64,000 nt of DNA, taken from Octopus sinensis. Taxonomy: Eukaryota. The position numbers and the translations under genes are program-made. This document shows positions 45,796 through 57,701 of the stretch, piece after piece; position 1 is the stretch's first letter; every line of letters starts with the position of its first letter. Below the pieces are notes generated by a model that did not search any database, was not told the origin of the DNA, and saw only the letters and a program-made list of their open reading frames with translations. The stretch covers positions 205,902,001 through 205,966,000 of the forward strand of contig NC_042998.1 of the NCBI RefSeq assembly GCF_006345805.1. Reading direction: 5' to 3'.

Positions 45796-46834
45796 TGCAA
45801 AATACGGTGTATGTATTTAGATAATAAGAGCTAAGTTTACATTTATTAGATGAAGTGATAATAGATTCTATATTTGGTGTAGATGAATAGGATAATAATA
45901 CTATACTGTGAATCCAAAAAGATATTTTAAGGGTCCCTAAAAAATTTGGATTTAAAGATAGGGCAAGAAACAGCTAGGTTTCTTTCATTCTACAAAGTTC
46001 AAACTACACAAGGGAATATGTGAAAAACACAATAGGAATTTTGAAAGAAGTTTTTTATTAAACTAGTTTTTAAACATCAAAAGGTTAGGGGATTCACAGT
46101 GTACTATTTTCTATATTTTGGGGCCATGAGCCCTTCTTCAGGACATGTGGAAAAGTGAAAGAGGAATACTTTGATTTGCTGGGTCCGGCACCTCTTTAGG
46201 TGTGTTTTGATTGAAGTGTATATATGCTCTTATATTTGAATATTCAGTTCCTGGCTGCCAATGTAGGATGCTGAATATATACTGCTTCATCAAAACCACT
46301 CCATTTTAACACACACACACACATACATATAAGGATTACATATATCACAGCTTGTGCATGTCTGAAAAACTAAGGACCATAACTCTTCATTACCCCTAGT
46401 AGAGTTAAGTCCCTTGAAGAATTAATTTTAATAATTAAAAATTGAATGAAATTGAGAAATAATATTTTCATTTTTTCCTCTTCCCTCATTAAATAATGAA
46501 ATATGTTTTATGTCTGTCCATTATGGAGCTGATTTTGCAACAGTGAAATGTTCGATTCGTCAAGAACCTCTCCCCCTGCCCCTTCTTTAGAACAATTAGT
46601 AGGAAACATTGTTAGAGTTCAGCTCCAGTTGAATAAGTCCTATCATTGAAGACAAAACAGAACTAATCTTTGAGGAGCAACAATGAAGCCTGTGTTTCTC
46701 ACAATCGTAGAGTGTGATAGATTTAGCTGCTATTGAAGTTGAAGTGAGCACAGAAGTAGAAGTTCCCTCATTGATTGGAAAATATGAGATTGGTCAATCA
46801 GTGAAACTGGTTTCAACAGGTATTTGGTGCTGAG

Positions 46835-49347
46835 CAAGGTGGCTTGGGTACAGGCATTGTGCAACTGCAGTACCCCCTCTTTTCACTCAATATTATGAGT
46901 CTTTCTTTCTGCATTATATAATCCTTAAGCTTGATGTCAGTAGTCATCCCTTTGTTCATGGAAAATTACAAAAATCCTTGTATGGAACTGTGTACATCAC
47001 ACAGTTCCAGCGATGCGGTGTTTGGCTGTTGTGTGCATGTGATTGTCTGAGGAAAGAAGTTGTACACTTAGAGCCAGAGAGAGCCCTGTCGCTCACGCAG
47101 TGCCAACCCTGTTGTCTGAGTGTAAGGTAGTGTTTATTTCTGACTCAGCTTGTGTTGTGCTTGAAAACCGTCCACCATATTCTTGAATGTGACAAACTGT
47201 AGATGATTATTATCATGCTTTCAGTTAGTCTATTTAGTTCATAGGTTTTTCAGTTGTTTTATTGTATAGAAAATTTAAATAATTTAACTGTGACCTCCTT
47301 ACATCCCCAAGAAAATAAGTTCTGTGACAGTAAGTGTTCTTTCCATGAGAAAGTTACAGTTAAGAAAAGAGGCCGGTCAACACTTGATATTCAAATTTCT
47401 CAGCCAGGAATAAACAAGGGGTATATTCATGGCCTTAATTCCGAATGGCACCAATGAGAAAGTTGGCTCTGAAACTGTGAATTGAAAAATGCATTGTTTT
47501 GTTTCCTTGTTGTTTGGGGGTGATGTAACAAGGACAAAAGATGGTTTTAGAAATAGGAATAAAATGAAAGAAAAAAGCCCAATAACAGAAGTCAAAGAAG
47601 CATGTTGAAAATGTGGTTTCACTTTCACTTTTAGTAAATGCAAATATCAAGGAGAAACTTAGTGAGGCACACTTTCAAACAATGAACATAACATGAATAG
47701 ACTGTATTTTATTTTGTGGAAACTTTCAGACTCCTTTATGTGGACATGATGAAAAAGGGGATTCAATAAATCCAGGAGTATCCATATTCTAAGATTATTC
47801 AGAATGAGGTACTTGGATGCCTGCTACAAATGATACCGTGAGGAGATAAGGACAGAAATTAGAGAAGCTTCATTTGTAGCCATCATGGCTGATGGCACAA
47901 CAGATGCTTCAGAACACAAATGGTCATTGTTCTATGGTAGGTGTTGAAGGAAGAAATATTTGAGCATTTTGCGGGATTCTTTATTCCAGAAAATCAAACT
48001 GCAGATGGCATATAAAACATATTCTAGAATAAGAAATAATCCTTTAAGAAAATGGACAAAAACTGAAAGCTCAGACATTTGATGGTGCAAATGTCATGAA
48101 AGGCAAAAAAATCAGGAGTTCAAACAAAAATAGGGGCAGTTTATAGTAATGAACATTTCATTCACTGTTATGCACATCAACTCTCATTTAATAATGAGAA
48201 ATGCAGCAAGTATTACATGGAATGCAAGAATATTTTTCTATAACATTTTGTCTATTCCAACATTCTTTTCAAGATCACCACAATGTGTATCCATTCTCAG
48301 CATTCCACATCCATCCTGTACAAGGTGGAACCTTCACATTAAAGACCATGAACAGAGTTCATGAAAATTTGTAACCTTTAAAAAGCTGATTTCCTGAAAT
48401 TCATTCAAGATCAAATGTGGATCAAACCATTGCAGAAGCAACAGGAATTTTAAAATACCTGAAGGATTATAATTTCATGTTTTGGTTAGAGCCTTTTCCT
48501 TAGATTATGCATCATATTAAAGTAGTTTACAACCAAATGAGAAATTAGTGTGTTTGAAGTTAATGAATATATAACAGATTTCAAAACTGCTAAGAAACTT
48601 GAAGTACTGTGACAATCCTTCAATGACACTCATGGCAGAAGCAAAGAAAGTGTATGATTACATATGTGTTGATGTAATGAACAGATATTCTTTCACTAAG
48701 CACTTGGTAGGTGCTAAACTGTTCAACAAGAAAAGCTAAACTAGTTTTAAGAATGAACTGTCTACAGAAAAGATAATACTGACCACTGAAGCATATCCCA
48801 TGATTGACAAAGAAAAACTTGAAACTGAACTGAAAGTATTCTGTTGTAGACTCAATATGCATGAATATTGCAAATTAATTGAGCTGCTGAAATTTATGTC
48901 GGGAAATACTCTAGATGGTATTGTTAGTGAAATTACAAAACTGATAAAAATCCTCTTGACAATTCCCATGATTACATCAGAAGCAGAATGTTGAAAAGAA
49001 TAAAAGCTTTTCTAAGGAGCATTATGAATCTTGAAAGACTAAATGCATTTAAAGTGCTTTCAATGGAGAAAAATTTCCTCAACAGTTATCCAGGGATCAA
49101 GGAGAAAATCATTAACGCTTTTGCTCAAAGTGAAACAAGAAGAGCGGATTTCATTTTTAAATGAACGGACCAAGTGTGAGCTGTAACAATTTATTAATAA
49201 GTAAAAAATAATTTTTCGCTTAGGATTCTATCAAGTTTATGTATAAATTTTCTTTTTATGTTTGTTTTGTTTTACACAATATTAAAATAATGGCTAAAAC
49301 TTTTCTCAAGCAGCACCCCAACTAATTTTAGCCACAAGCCACCCCTG
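46835..49347 (+). mobile_element. Decayed hAT DNA transposon (TTF-zinc-finger/DUF4371-type transposase pseudogene)
   Basis: Fragments AIMADGTTD, QTFDGANVMKG, FIHCYAHQL, ILLTIPMITSEAE (dimerisation domain) across frames with many stops. Putative TIRs caaggtggcttg (46835) and caagccacccctg (49335-49347); flanks gtgctgag / gtactgtg match at 6 of 8 positions (decayed TSD). Confidence 0.85.
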
Positions 49348-49454
49348 GTACTGTGCAAGTTAAAACTAAAACCCTTTAGAACAAACTTCCGTATCCTGGG
49401 TACCTTATTCTAGAGTCTGGTCTAGGAGAGAGTTGCACTGATTTTCAGCTTTAA

Positions 49455-49545
49455 AAGTACTGGGGTCAATTAATTCAACTAAAACCCTTCAAGGTGGTGC
49501 CCCAGTATGGCCACAGTTGAATGACTGAAACAAACAGAAGATGAG
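49455..49545 (+). mobile_element. SINE 3' fragment
   Basis: gtactggggtcaattaattcaactaaaacccttcaaggtggtgccccagtatggccacagttgaatgactgaaac matches the 3' end of 54298-54654. Confidence 0.7.
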
Positions 49546-49582
49546 AGATTAGCAAAAGAAAACAAAAAGCATTTTTGTCAAG

Positions 49583-49624
<42 letters not shown>

Positions 49625-49739
49625 CAAAGAGTTAATTTTTTTATGATCAAATACAAGTTTAAAAATATAGACATTCATCCAAAAATTGAGGCTGGATAGA
49701 ACCACCAGGAGTTTACCATTTTAACCCCAGCACTTTTAT

Positions 49740-50075
49740 CTTTTATTTGCTTCAGTCATTAGACTGTGGCCATGCTGGGTCACCACTTTGAAGAATTTTA
49801 GTCAAATTATTTGACCCCAGTAACTTTTGGTTTTTTATGCCTAACCACAAAATTGCGGAGACATAAACACAGCAACACCAAGACAAAACAAAGCCAAACT
49901 CAAAGAAACACATACATATATATATATATATATATACACAAAGGGATTCTTTCAGTTTCTGTCTACCAAATGCACTCACAAGTCTTTGGTTGCTCAAGGC
50001 CATCGTAGAAGACATTTTTGTAGGGCCTTGTTTAGCCCTGCCTGCACCAGATTTGAAATCGAATCCACGCATTTG
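49740..50075 (-). mobile_element. tRNA-derived SINE with internal TA microsatellite
   Basis: Reverse complement is collinear with 54298-54654 (cttgtgagtgcatttggtagacagaaactgaaagaa ... cagcatggccacagtctaatgactgaa). Confidence 0.75.
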
Positions 50076-50344
50076 TTGCTTGTCAGTTGAAAATCTGATT
50101 TTTTTGTCCATTATGTGTTTGTTGAAGATTGATGCCTTGGGAAAGGTAAAAAGAGATGCAAACAGATGTCATGACCAGATCTGAAGAATTACACATTCTA
50201 AGAAATAACTAAAAGCTTACTGTCTCATCAGATTCTTCCCTAACGAAGAAAACATATTCAAAATAAGTTTTAAATGAAAATTCACATTGTGATGTTAATA
50301 TGATCTCTAGAGAAAATTTTAGGTACAACTTTGTTTGAAGATAA

Positions 50345-50523
50345 TCATCATCATCACCATCATTTAATGTCCGCTTTCCACATCGACATAGGTTGGATGG
50401 TTTGACTAGAAACTGGTAAACCGGGTGTGGGGGCACAGGTTCCAATCTGATTTGGCAAGGTTTCTATGGCTGGATGCCCTTTCTAATGCCAACCACTCCA
50501 TGAGTGTAGTGGGTGCTTTTTAC
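50345..50523 (-). mobile_element. RTE 3' UTR/SINE-like 3' end with (GAT)n tail
   Basis: ggctggatgcccttt..atgccaaccactccatgagtgtagtgggtgctttttac, the reverse complement of the shared family motif. Confidence 0.75.
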
Positions 50524-50556
50524 TAAAACTTATCCAGCATAAATACATCTTTCTTG

Positions 50557-50630
50557 AAGTAGCTCTGTGATAAGAAGTTTGCTTCCCAACCACATGGTTC
50601 TGGGTTCAGTCCCACTGCATAGCACCTTGT
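50557..50630 (+). mobile_element. Isolated tRNA-derived SINE head (Pol III A/B-box-like)
   Basis: gtagctctgtgataag...ggttctgggttcagtcccact; B-box-like GGTTCAGTCC at 50603-50612; homologous to the head at 54298. Confidence 0.6.
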
Positions 50631-50941
50631 GTGAGTGTAGCATAATGGTGCAACAATTGTTGAGATGAAGAACAACACCATTGTAATGCATAGATGAAGT
50701 GAAGAATAAAGAATAATATTCACCAATTTATTTGCCCACAGTTGTTAGTTATATACAGATGGTAGTAATCGTAAATAATTGACATGTTGATGGCTTGCTC
50801 ACTGGTAGGTGGTAGTTGTGCATTCTGCTGACAGAGAAAGAAAGGGTAAGGACTGCATTGTCCCTTTTTGATTCAGCCAAAAGATGCTCTTGATTAGCCT
50901 GTTGAAAAATGAAAGAGGAGTTGCTCCTGGCCACAGCCGAC

Positions 50942-50988
50942 AGAAGAAGAAGAAGAAGAAGAAGAAGAAGAAGAAGAAGAAGAAGAAG

Positions 50989-51017
<29 letters not shown>
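50942..51017. repeat. (GAA)n microsatellite, ~25 units
   Basis: Direct reading. Confidence 0.97.
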
Positions 51018-51019
<2 letters not shown>

Positions 51020-51773
51020 GATTCTGGCTGATCATTGCCAACCCAACAGGAAATAATCATGACAACATTAGACGCTTCATGCATTGGAAACTCTACCATT
51101 TTATGGAAAGCAAAGAGAAACTATTTGGTTGACGCTTAAAGTAGAAACTGTGTTGAGATGGCTCTGGGACAGCCTGCTTCAAACAAAGAAATTAAAGTTA
51201 AAAGTTAATTATCATCGAAGATCATCAGAAAGAAATAAGTTTCCTAATCAGGAATTTAGTAGAGTCTATCTGTGAAAGAAATAAAGAATTTATCCCAACA
51301 TAAAGACCTGGACATAACTAGAATGTTTTACAGTGAAAATGGAAATAATCTTCATCGTATGTTTATGTTGCATGCAACGTGTTGATGTGTGTTTCTTCTT
51401 TCCTCCATACCTTATTCTAGAATCTTTGACTTCTTCTGCATTTAGAGTGCATGTATCTTTGAGGACTTCTCCTTCACGTTCCCCTCTGTCCTTTCTTTGT
51501 ATTAAGGATATTCTTAGAATTTTTGTTAACTCAAAGTTTTCTACATTGCACCTTCACAAGATCTGGCTTCCCAAGCCTTACTCTTGAATTCTCAGTTACA
51601 GTTCCTCAAGACACCAATAACTAGCAGGTACATACCTTCTTTGTACCAGTAATTTGCAATGTCCTACTTCAAGCCAGTAGATTATTCGACTTCTTCTTTT
51701 TCTTTAACTTTGCTATCAAAGAGCCTTTTACCCATCAACACATTCTTCTTATTATTATTATCATTAATACCAA

Positions 51774-51966
51774 TAAGGCAGCAGGCTGGCCGAGTGGTTA
51801 GCACACCAGGCAAAATGCTTTGCAGCATTTCGTTCATCTGCCAAGGTTGACTGCCTTTCATCCTGTTGGGGTTGATGAAATATGGACCAGTTAGGCACTG
51901 GGGTTGGTGTTACAGACCCCTCTCCCAATATTTCAGGCCTTGTGCCAGTAGTAGAGAGGATTGTTA
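51774..51966 (+). mobile_element. Second SINE family copy, internally deleted
   Basis: ggcagcaggctggccgagtggttagcac (A-box-like head) ... ttgactgcctttcatcctgttggggttgatgaaat ... ggccttgtgccagtagtagagaggatt. Confidence 0.6.
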
Positions 51967-52299
51967 TTAACATCAATGGCCTTAATACCTTGTTTGTGGT
52001 ACCCTATCCTTCCTTAATTTTGTAGTGGGGAAATGCTCATCTCACTTCATTATTTCCAAGGACATCTATTTCTGTTCCCCAAAATGGTTAATACGAAAAA
52101 CTATGCCTTTAAGTCCAATATAAAATTTACATCTAGTTTTTAAAAAACTAATGTTGATTTTTTTGACACAAAAGTTAAGTTTTCAGAAGGCAGAATAGTG
52201 ACAGAGTTATTTTGCAAGCCCACATCATGCCACACTTACCTCCACCACCTCTCCAATCATCCACATATAATTAGGTCAAATCTGAAATCCCAATTTTTG

Positions 52300-53230
52300 A
52301 GAATAAAATGGATTTGTACTGATATAGGGGATTACTAGAAATATGCAAATCACAAATCCCTTCAGGTAGATGACCCTGCTCAATCTGTAGAAAAGTCATA
52401 GGCAGAAACTCCATAAGATGTACCCGATGCAAGACAAAATTTTTTGAGAGGGGAGGAGGAGGTGATCTTGTGTTGGATGATGAAAAGGTTATGGTGAGAC
52501 AGAAACAGGTGTCTTGCTGTAGGGGAAGTACAAGGTTACCTGGTCAGGGAAGAGGGGAGGGATAGAGATCAGGAATGAGGACAGAAACAAGGGAAGTAGA
52601 AGAGAAGAAGTTTAGAGAGTGGGAGACAGCAGTATGGAGATGGTGGCAAAGTGTCATACTCACAAGAGACAGGGATCAGAATATAAATGGGATGGTTGAG
52701 TAAAGGAAGAGAGAGATATAGATGGTGGAAAATGCCAGGGCATACCCTTGAGGTTCAAAGGTCATAATATAAGTGGCAGGATATTGCGAGAAGCGTAATT
52801 AGAGAGTGCAGGAGGGGAGTGAGTGGTGAAAACCTGGGTATATAGAGTGAGGAGGTTACCAGAACACAGGGCCATAAGGACAAGATTGGGGGTGAAAGGT
52901 AAGCATAATGTATGAAGGAGGAAATGTGAGGAAGAGATGTAGAGATGTAAATTGTTGGGGTAGGGCGTGTGAGAAATTACCTTGTTACATAAAAGTCAGG
53001 GGGAGGGGCTAGTGGATAGCAATAATATAATACAGTGAGAGAGAGTCAAGAGGAGGGAATTGGGGAGTGGGATATAAGCATAATGTGAGGAAGAGAAGAG
53101 ATGTAGAGATTTAGTTTGGTTTGTTGTAGGAGGGTGTGTGAGAAGTCTTCTTGTTAAATGTGGGTGGAGCAACACAGCACTTCTAGAGCTCAGTTTCACT
53201 GATGTGGGTGGGTCTTCTTAAGAACCTCAT
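52300..53230 (-). mobile_element. Probable decayed LINE fragment, clade unresolved
   Basis: Purine-rich + strand; minus-strand peptides such as SRSAVLLHPHLTRRLLTH and ALSNYASRNILPL look like an endonuclease-RT linker, but no diagnostic motif is intact. Confidence 0.3.
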
Positions 53231-53304
53231 ATCACCAGACATCTCAATCTGTTGTTATTTCCTCTATGAGGCCCAACATCCTAAGATATATATATATATA
53301 TGTG

Positions 53305-53352
<48 letters not shown>

Positions 53353-53415
53353 AGGAATGACAAATTTTCCGTTTGTTGCCTTTTTATTTCATCCCGAAAA
53401 TTATATATATATATA

Positions 53416-54285
53416 CGAACAGCCATGCTACATGGCAGTGAAACATGGGCCGTCACTGCTCAGGATGTGCGTAAGCTTGCAAGGAATGTATAATATCAGT
53501 GTGCATACATGACAGAGTGCAAGTACCTTGAGAGAAAAGTTGGACCTAAGAAGCATCAGATGTGGTGTGCAAGAGAGACGACTGCGCTGGTATGGTCATG
53601 TGGTGAGAATGGATGAAGATAGTTGTGTGAAAAAGTGTCACACCCTAGCGGTTGAGGGAGCCTGTGGAAGATGTAGACCCAGGAAGACCTGGGATGAGGT
53701 GGTCAAGCATGACCTTTGAACATTAGGCCTCACCGAGGTAATGACAAAACTCTGCTTGCGAAGACCTGTTGAGGCAAGTGAAATCGAAATCAAATTCGCT
53801 GATATGACCGGTGACAACACCAACTGACTGGCATCCGTGCTAGTGGAATGTTAAGAGCACCATCCGAGCGTGATCATTGCCAGGGCCACTGACTGGCTGC
53901 TGTGCTGGTGGCACATAAAAAGCACCATTTGAACGTGATCGTTACCAGCATTGCCTTACTGGCACTTGTGCCGGTGACACGTGAAAAACAGCATTCGAGC
54001 AAGGTCGTTGCCAGTGCCGCTGGACTGGCCCCCGTGCAGCTGGCATGCAAAATACACCATTTGAGCATGGCTGTTGCCAGTATCACCTGACTGGCTCTCA
54101 TGCAAGTGGCATGTAAAAGCACCCACTACACTCTTGGAGTGGTTGGCATTAGGAAGGGCATCCAGCTGTAGAAACTCTGCCAGATCACACTGGAACCTGG
54201 TGCAGCCTCCTGGATCGCCAGTCCTCAGTCAAACCGTCCAACCCATGACAGCCTAGAAAGCGGACATTAAATGATGATGATGATA
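53416..54285 (+). mobile_element. RTE LINE 3' end with repetitive 3' UTR and (GAT)n tail
   Basis: RTAMLHGSETWAV, RRLRWYGHVVRMDEDSCVKKC...GRCRPRKTWDEVVKHDL; UTR subrepeats ggtggcacataaaaagcacc; tail atgatgatgatgat. Confidence 0.9.
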
Positions 54286-54297
54286 TAATTATCATCA

Positions 54298-54654
54298 GGA
54301 GTGGCTGTGTGGTAAGTGCTTGCTTACTAACCACCTTGGGCAAGTGTCTTCTACTATAGCCTCGGGCCAACCAAAGCGTTGTGAGTGGATTTGGCAGATG
54401 AAAACTGAAAGAAGCCCATCTTATATATGTATATAGATATGTGTGTGTGTATGTTTGTGTCTGTGTTTGTCCCCCCAACATCGCTTGACAACCGATGGTG
54501 GAGTGTTTACATGCCCCGTAACTTAGCTGTTTGGCAAAAGAGACTGATAGAATAAGTACTAGGTTTACAAAGAATAAGACCTGGGGTCGATTTGCTCAAC
54601 TAAAGGCAGTGCTCCAGCATGGCCACAGTCAAATGACTGAAACAAGTAAAAGAG
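54298..54654 (+). mobile_element. Near full-length tRNA-derived SINE lacking its B-box segment
   Basis: Head ggagtggctgtgtggtaag; relative to the 50557 copy the segment atggttc...gcac is deleted; central TA/TG microsatellite; 3' end gactgaaacaagtaaaagag. Confidence 0.8.
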
Positions 54655-55153
54655 TATCATCATCATTTAAAATCTACTCTAATGTTTAAAGCTGCAAACA
54701 TGTAAATTTTCACTTCGAAATTTTGCATAAACTGGCACTGCAAGAAGAGTTGGTACATAATATATATATTCAGTTAGAGGTTAAAATAGCCTCATTAAGG
54801 GATAGTAATACCCAATGAATTACTGGTTCATTTCCTAGAATTTTTTGTGAATAATAATATTCATAAAATAATAGATCTAAATATAAATTTTGGTTTATAA
54901 ATATTCAAAAGAAAATTTAGAAAATGGAGATATAGCATTAATATAATTTATTATCTGCAAAAATCCAACATATTCTCTTACAGCTGTTTCAATTTAGCCA
55001 AAAGATTAAATTACAATAATGAAATCATTATATAAGACAAAATCTCATCAGAGGAGTAGAAAAAAATATACCGTTAGGTTATTAGGTGTTGTGTTTTCAA
55101 ATCATCTCAACAGACTCAGTCTGTTAATGCTATATCTCCATTTTCTGAATTTT

Positions 55154-55226
<73 letters not shown>

Positions 55227-55537
55227 TATACATATGTATATATACACACACACATGCATATGATTTCTATAGAAAAACAAGTGTATTTGATCATTTATTT
55301 CCTGTCGTATAAAACAATGTTTTAACATAATTGAAAAGATTTTTATTTACTTTACATTATTTTCACAAATTCCATTCATGAAGAAGAGACACATTATATC
55401 AGGAATTTCACAATAAGAGCCAACATTGGGCTAAAACACAATGAAACCCCCCACCTCACCCCACCCAATACATTCTGTTTTTGAGATCTTCCCTACCAAA
55501 TAGCACATTAACTGAAATCTTAAAAACAAACTAACCT

Positions 55538-55892
55538 TCAGTTCTGCAAAAACTCTGGACTGATTAACCTAAAACATGAAAGCCTTTCCAAGCATGACAC
55601 TCCACATTGACATGGAGAGTAATGCTTGATTAAACAGTAAACAATATCAGCAGTTTTGACATGGATGAATGATTTTGAATGGAATGAGGAGGAAACAGCA
55701 TGAATTGAACCTGTGACTAACTCCAGAAAAGATGGTAGTATCGCTTTGATGTATTCTTCAGATTTCAGAATGAAAAGCATCAGGTTGTTAGCTTCCTGTC
55801 AATCTTGTAAAAGTAAAATAATTCCAGAGCTGATCCCTTTCGACATGAATCACCTGAAGAAGCTCTTCCACAGAAAGCATCGTCTCAGCCAT
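55538..55892 (-). CDS. Candidate small two-exon ORF (98 aa), unverified
   Basis: aagaaaATGG start; exon 55892-55854 (MAETMLSVEELLQ), CAG|GTGATT donor, 58-nt intron ending ttttacttttacaagattgacag, in-frame exon 55795-55538 (EANNLMLFILK...FLQN*). No homology recognised. Confidence 0.2.
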
Positions 55893-56103
55893 TTTCTTGG
55901 GTTTTGCTTTTATAAAAAAAGAAAAGAAAGAAGAAAAAACATGGACCAATCTGACCCTGAATGTATTTCCAGCAAGTTTTAACAGTTTCAAGTAAGGATC
56001 AACAAACTTGTTTTCCTCATAATCGTTGGCTTCTGAGAAAGGGCAAATCCTTTCCACGTGGTACAACATAAAATGCACAAGAGCACACACACACATATTA
56101 CTT

Positions 56104-56137
<34 letters not shown>

Positions 56138-56166
56138 TATATATATATGTATAGTGTGTGTGTGTG

Positions 56167-56205
<39 letters not shown>

Positions 56206-57567
56206 ATGTAGCACACACACACACACACAGAAATTACAAATACAGATAAACATGGAGGAAATAGTTGAGCTTGAGAATGAATTATAAAAATAAAAATAAA
56301 TGTTTGCCACAATAAATATGAAATCTCACACAGATTGTCAAGGAGAACTCCCAGAATAAAAATTTGGAAGAGAGAACATTCTGACACAATTTAAGAACAG
56401 ATGATACTTTTAGGTCTTATGGTTGTTGTGAAAAAAAAAAACCATTTACAATACACAAATACAGTTTTGGTATCACTACAGCAGCATTAACCTATTTTGA
56501 AGAAAAACTTTTCAACCATTTCATTTCAATCTCCACTGTCCCCCCCCCCCCATACTTCCAAGTTACCAAAGTCATTGGCAACTGTTCGGCTAAAGGGTTG
56601 TGATTACTGCTCAAAGAATTTACCCAAGATTCCAAAAGCAGGAGAATTTTGAAGAGATTCCATTTTGTATTAGGGAAGCAAAATGGAAATTATTAAGTTT
56701 TTTTGTTTTTTTTTTAAATTATAAAAACCTGGTTGGAATGTCCCTACATTCAACAAGAATGACGACTACTGAATGATTCTGTGAAGTTCACTAAATGCAT
56801 AGCATTGAAGATAAAACAAAATCGATAGAGTTCTAAGAGAAAAGAAAACCAGACTCTTGTTCTTAACTTTGCATCAAAAATGTACAATCTCAGCAGATTT
56901 GTTTGTTCAGTGAAATTCCTTTAAATGTTATTGTTGTTGTTGTTGTAGTAAAATGAGACAACTTGAGTTTGGCATTTAATGTAATCAGTGATATACCATG
57001 CACGTATATAAAAGTTCAAGACAGGATATCATGTGTCATGATTCCAAAAGATTTTTCTTACTGATATCAAGGAAAAGGAGTGGAAGATAAATACACACAC
57101 ACACACCACACACACACACACAATCTGTTGCAGCCATTTGTAAAAAAAAAAAAAATGTTCTGAAAATGTTGATGAAATAAATTGAAAAAAGACTAATCTT
57201 AAAATTCGTTAATGACTAAAGAAGGAAAAAAATCACAGTTTTCTGAAAACAGCCATGACAAAAAAGAAGGAATGAAATATTTGGTAAATTAATGAATTGA
57301 CGCTTTTTGTTTCGTTTTGTACATTATAAAGAAATGTGTAAAGTCATGATTTTGATCAGCCTAAAGCAGTCGTAAAGAAAAGGAGTCGTAGAAAGATGGA
57401 CATGGAAAATATACAATGAGTTCAGCAAAAACATGAGTAGCTTTTAAATTTCCTAAACAACAAAGATAGCTTACTATCGTAAAGGTTGAAATTTAAAAAA
57501 AAAACTGTCTTCAGCAATTAATGTCATTTGTTTTAAATTGTCACTGTGGAGAAATAGACTAAAACAA

Positions 57568-57601
57568 TTTATTTTCACAAACTTCTTGTCTTATATTTAT
57601 T
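57568..57601 (-). terminator. Candidate polyadenylation signals for the large ORF
   Basis: AATAAA on the minus strand at 57601-57596 and 57573-57568, 100-130 nt past the stop; a longer 3' UTR is equally possible. Confidence 0.3.
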
Positions 57602-57701
57602 AAGACAGCTTCTCCAGAATTACTCAACTCAATATCTTCAAAAGGAAGACATGAGGACCAAAAGGAGGAGAATGTTTAGATTTGGAGAGGTCAGTTGCAG
57701 T

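Noticed and set aside
47250-49170. Functional ZMYM1/FAM200-like domesticated gene
   Set aside because: Multiple stops and frameshifts, with TIR/TSD remnants; it is a dead transposon.
50557-50630. tRNA gene
   Set aside because: tRNA-like A/B boxes but no full cloverleaf; homologous to SINE heads in the window.
50749-51099. Poly-L / poly-F ORFs resembling signal peptides
   Set aside because: Products of the (GAA)n tract; no consistent exon found.
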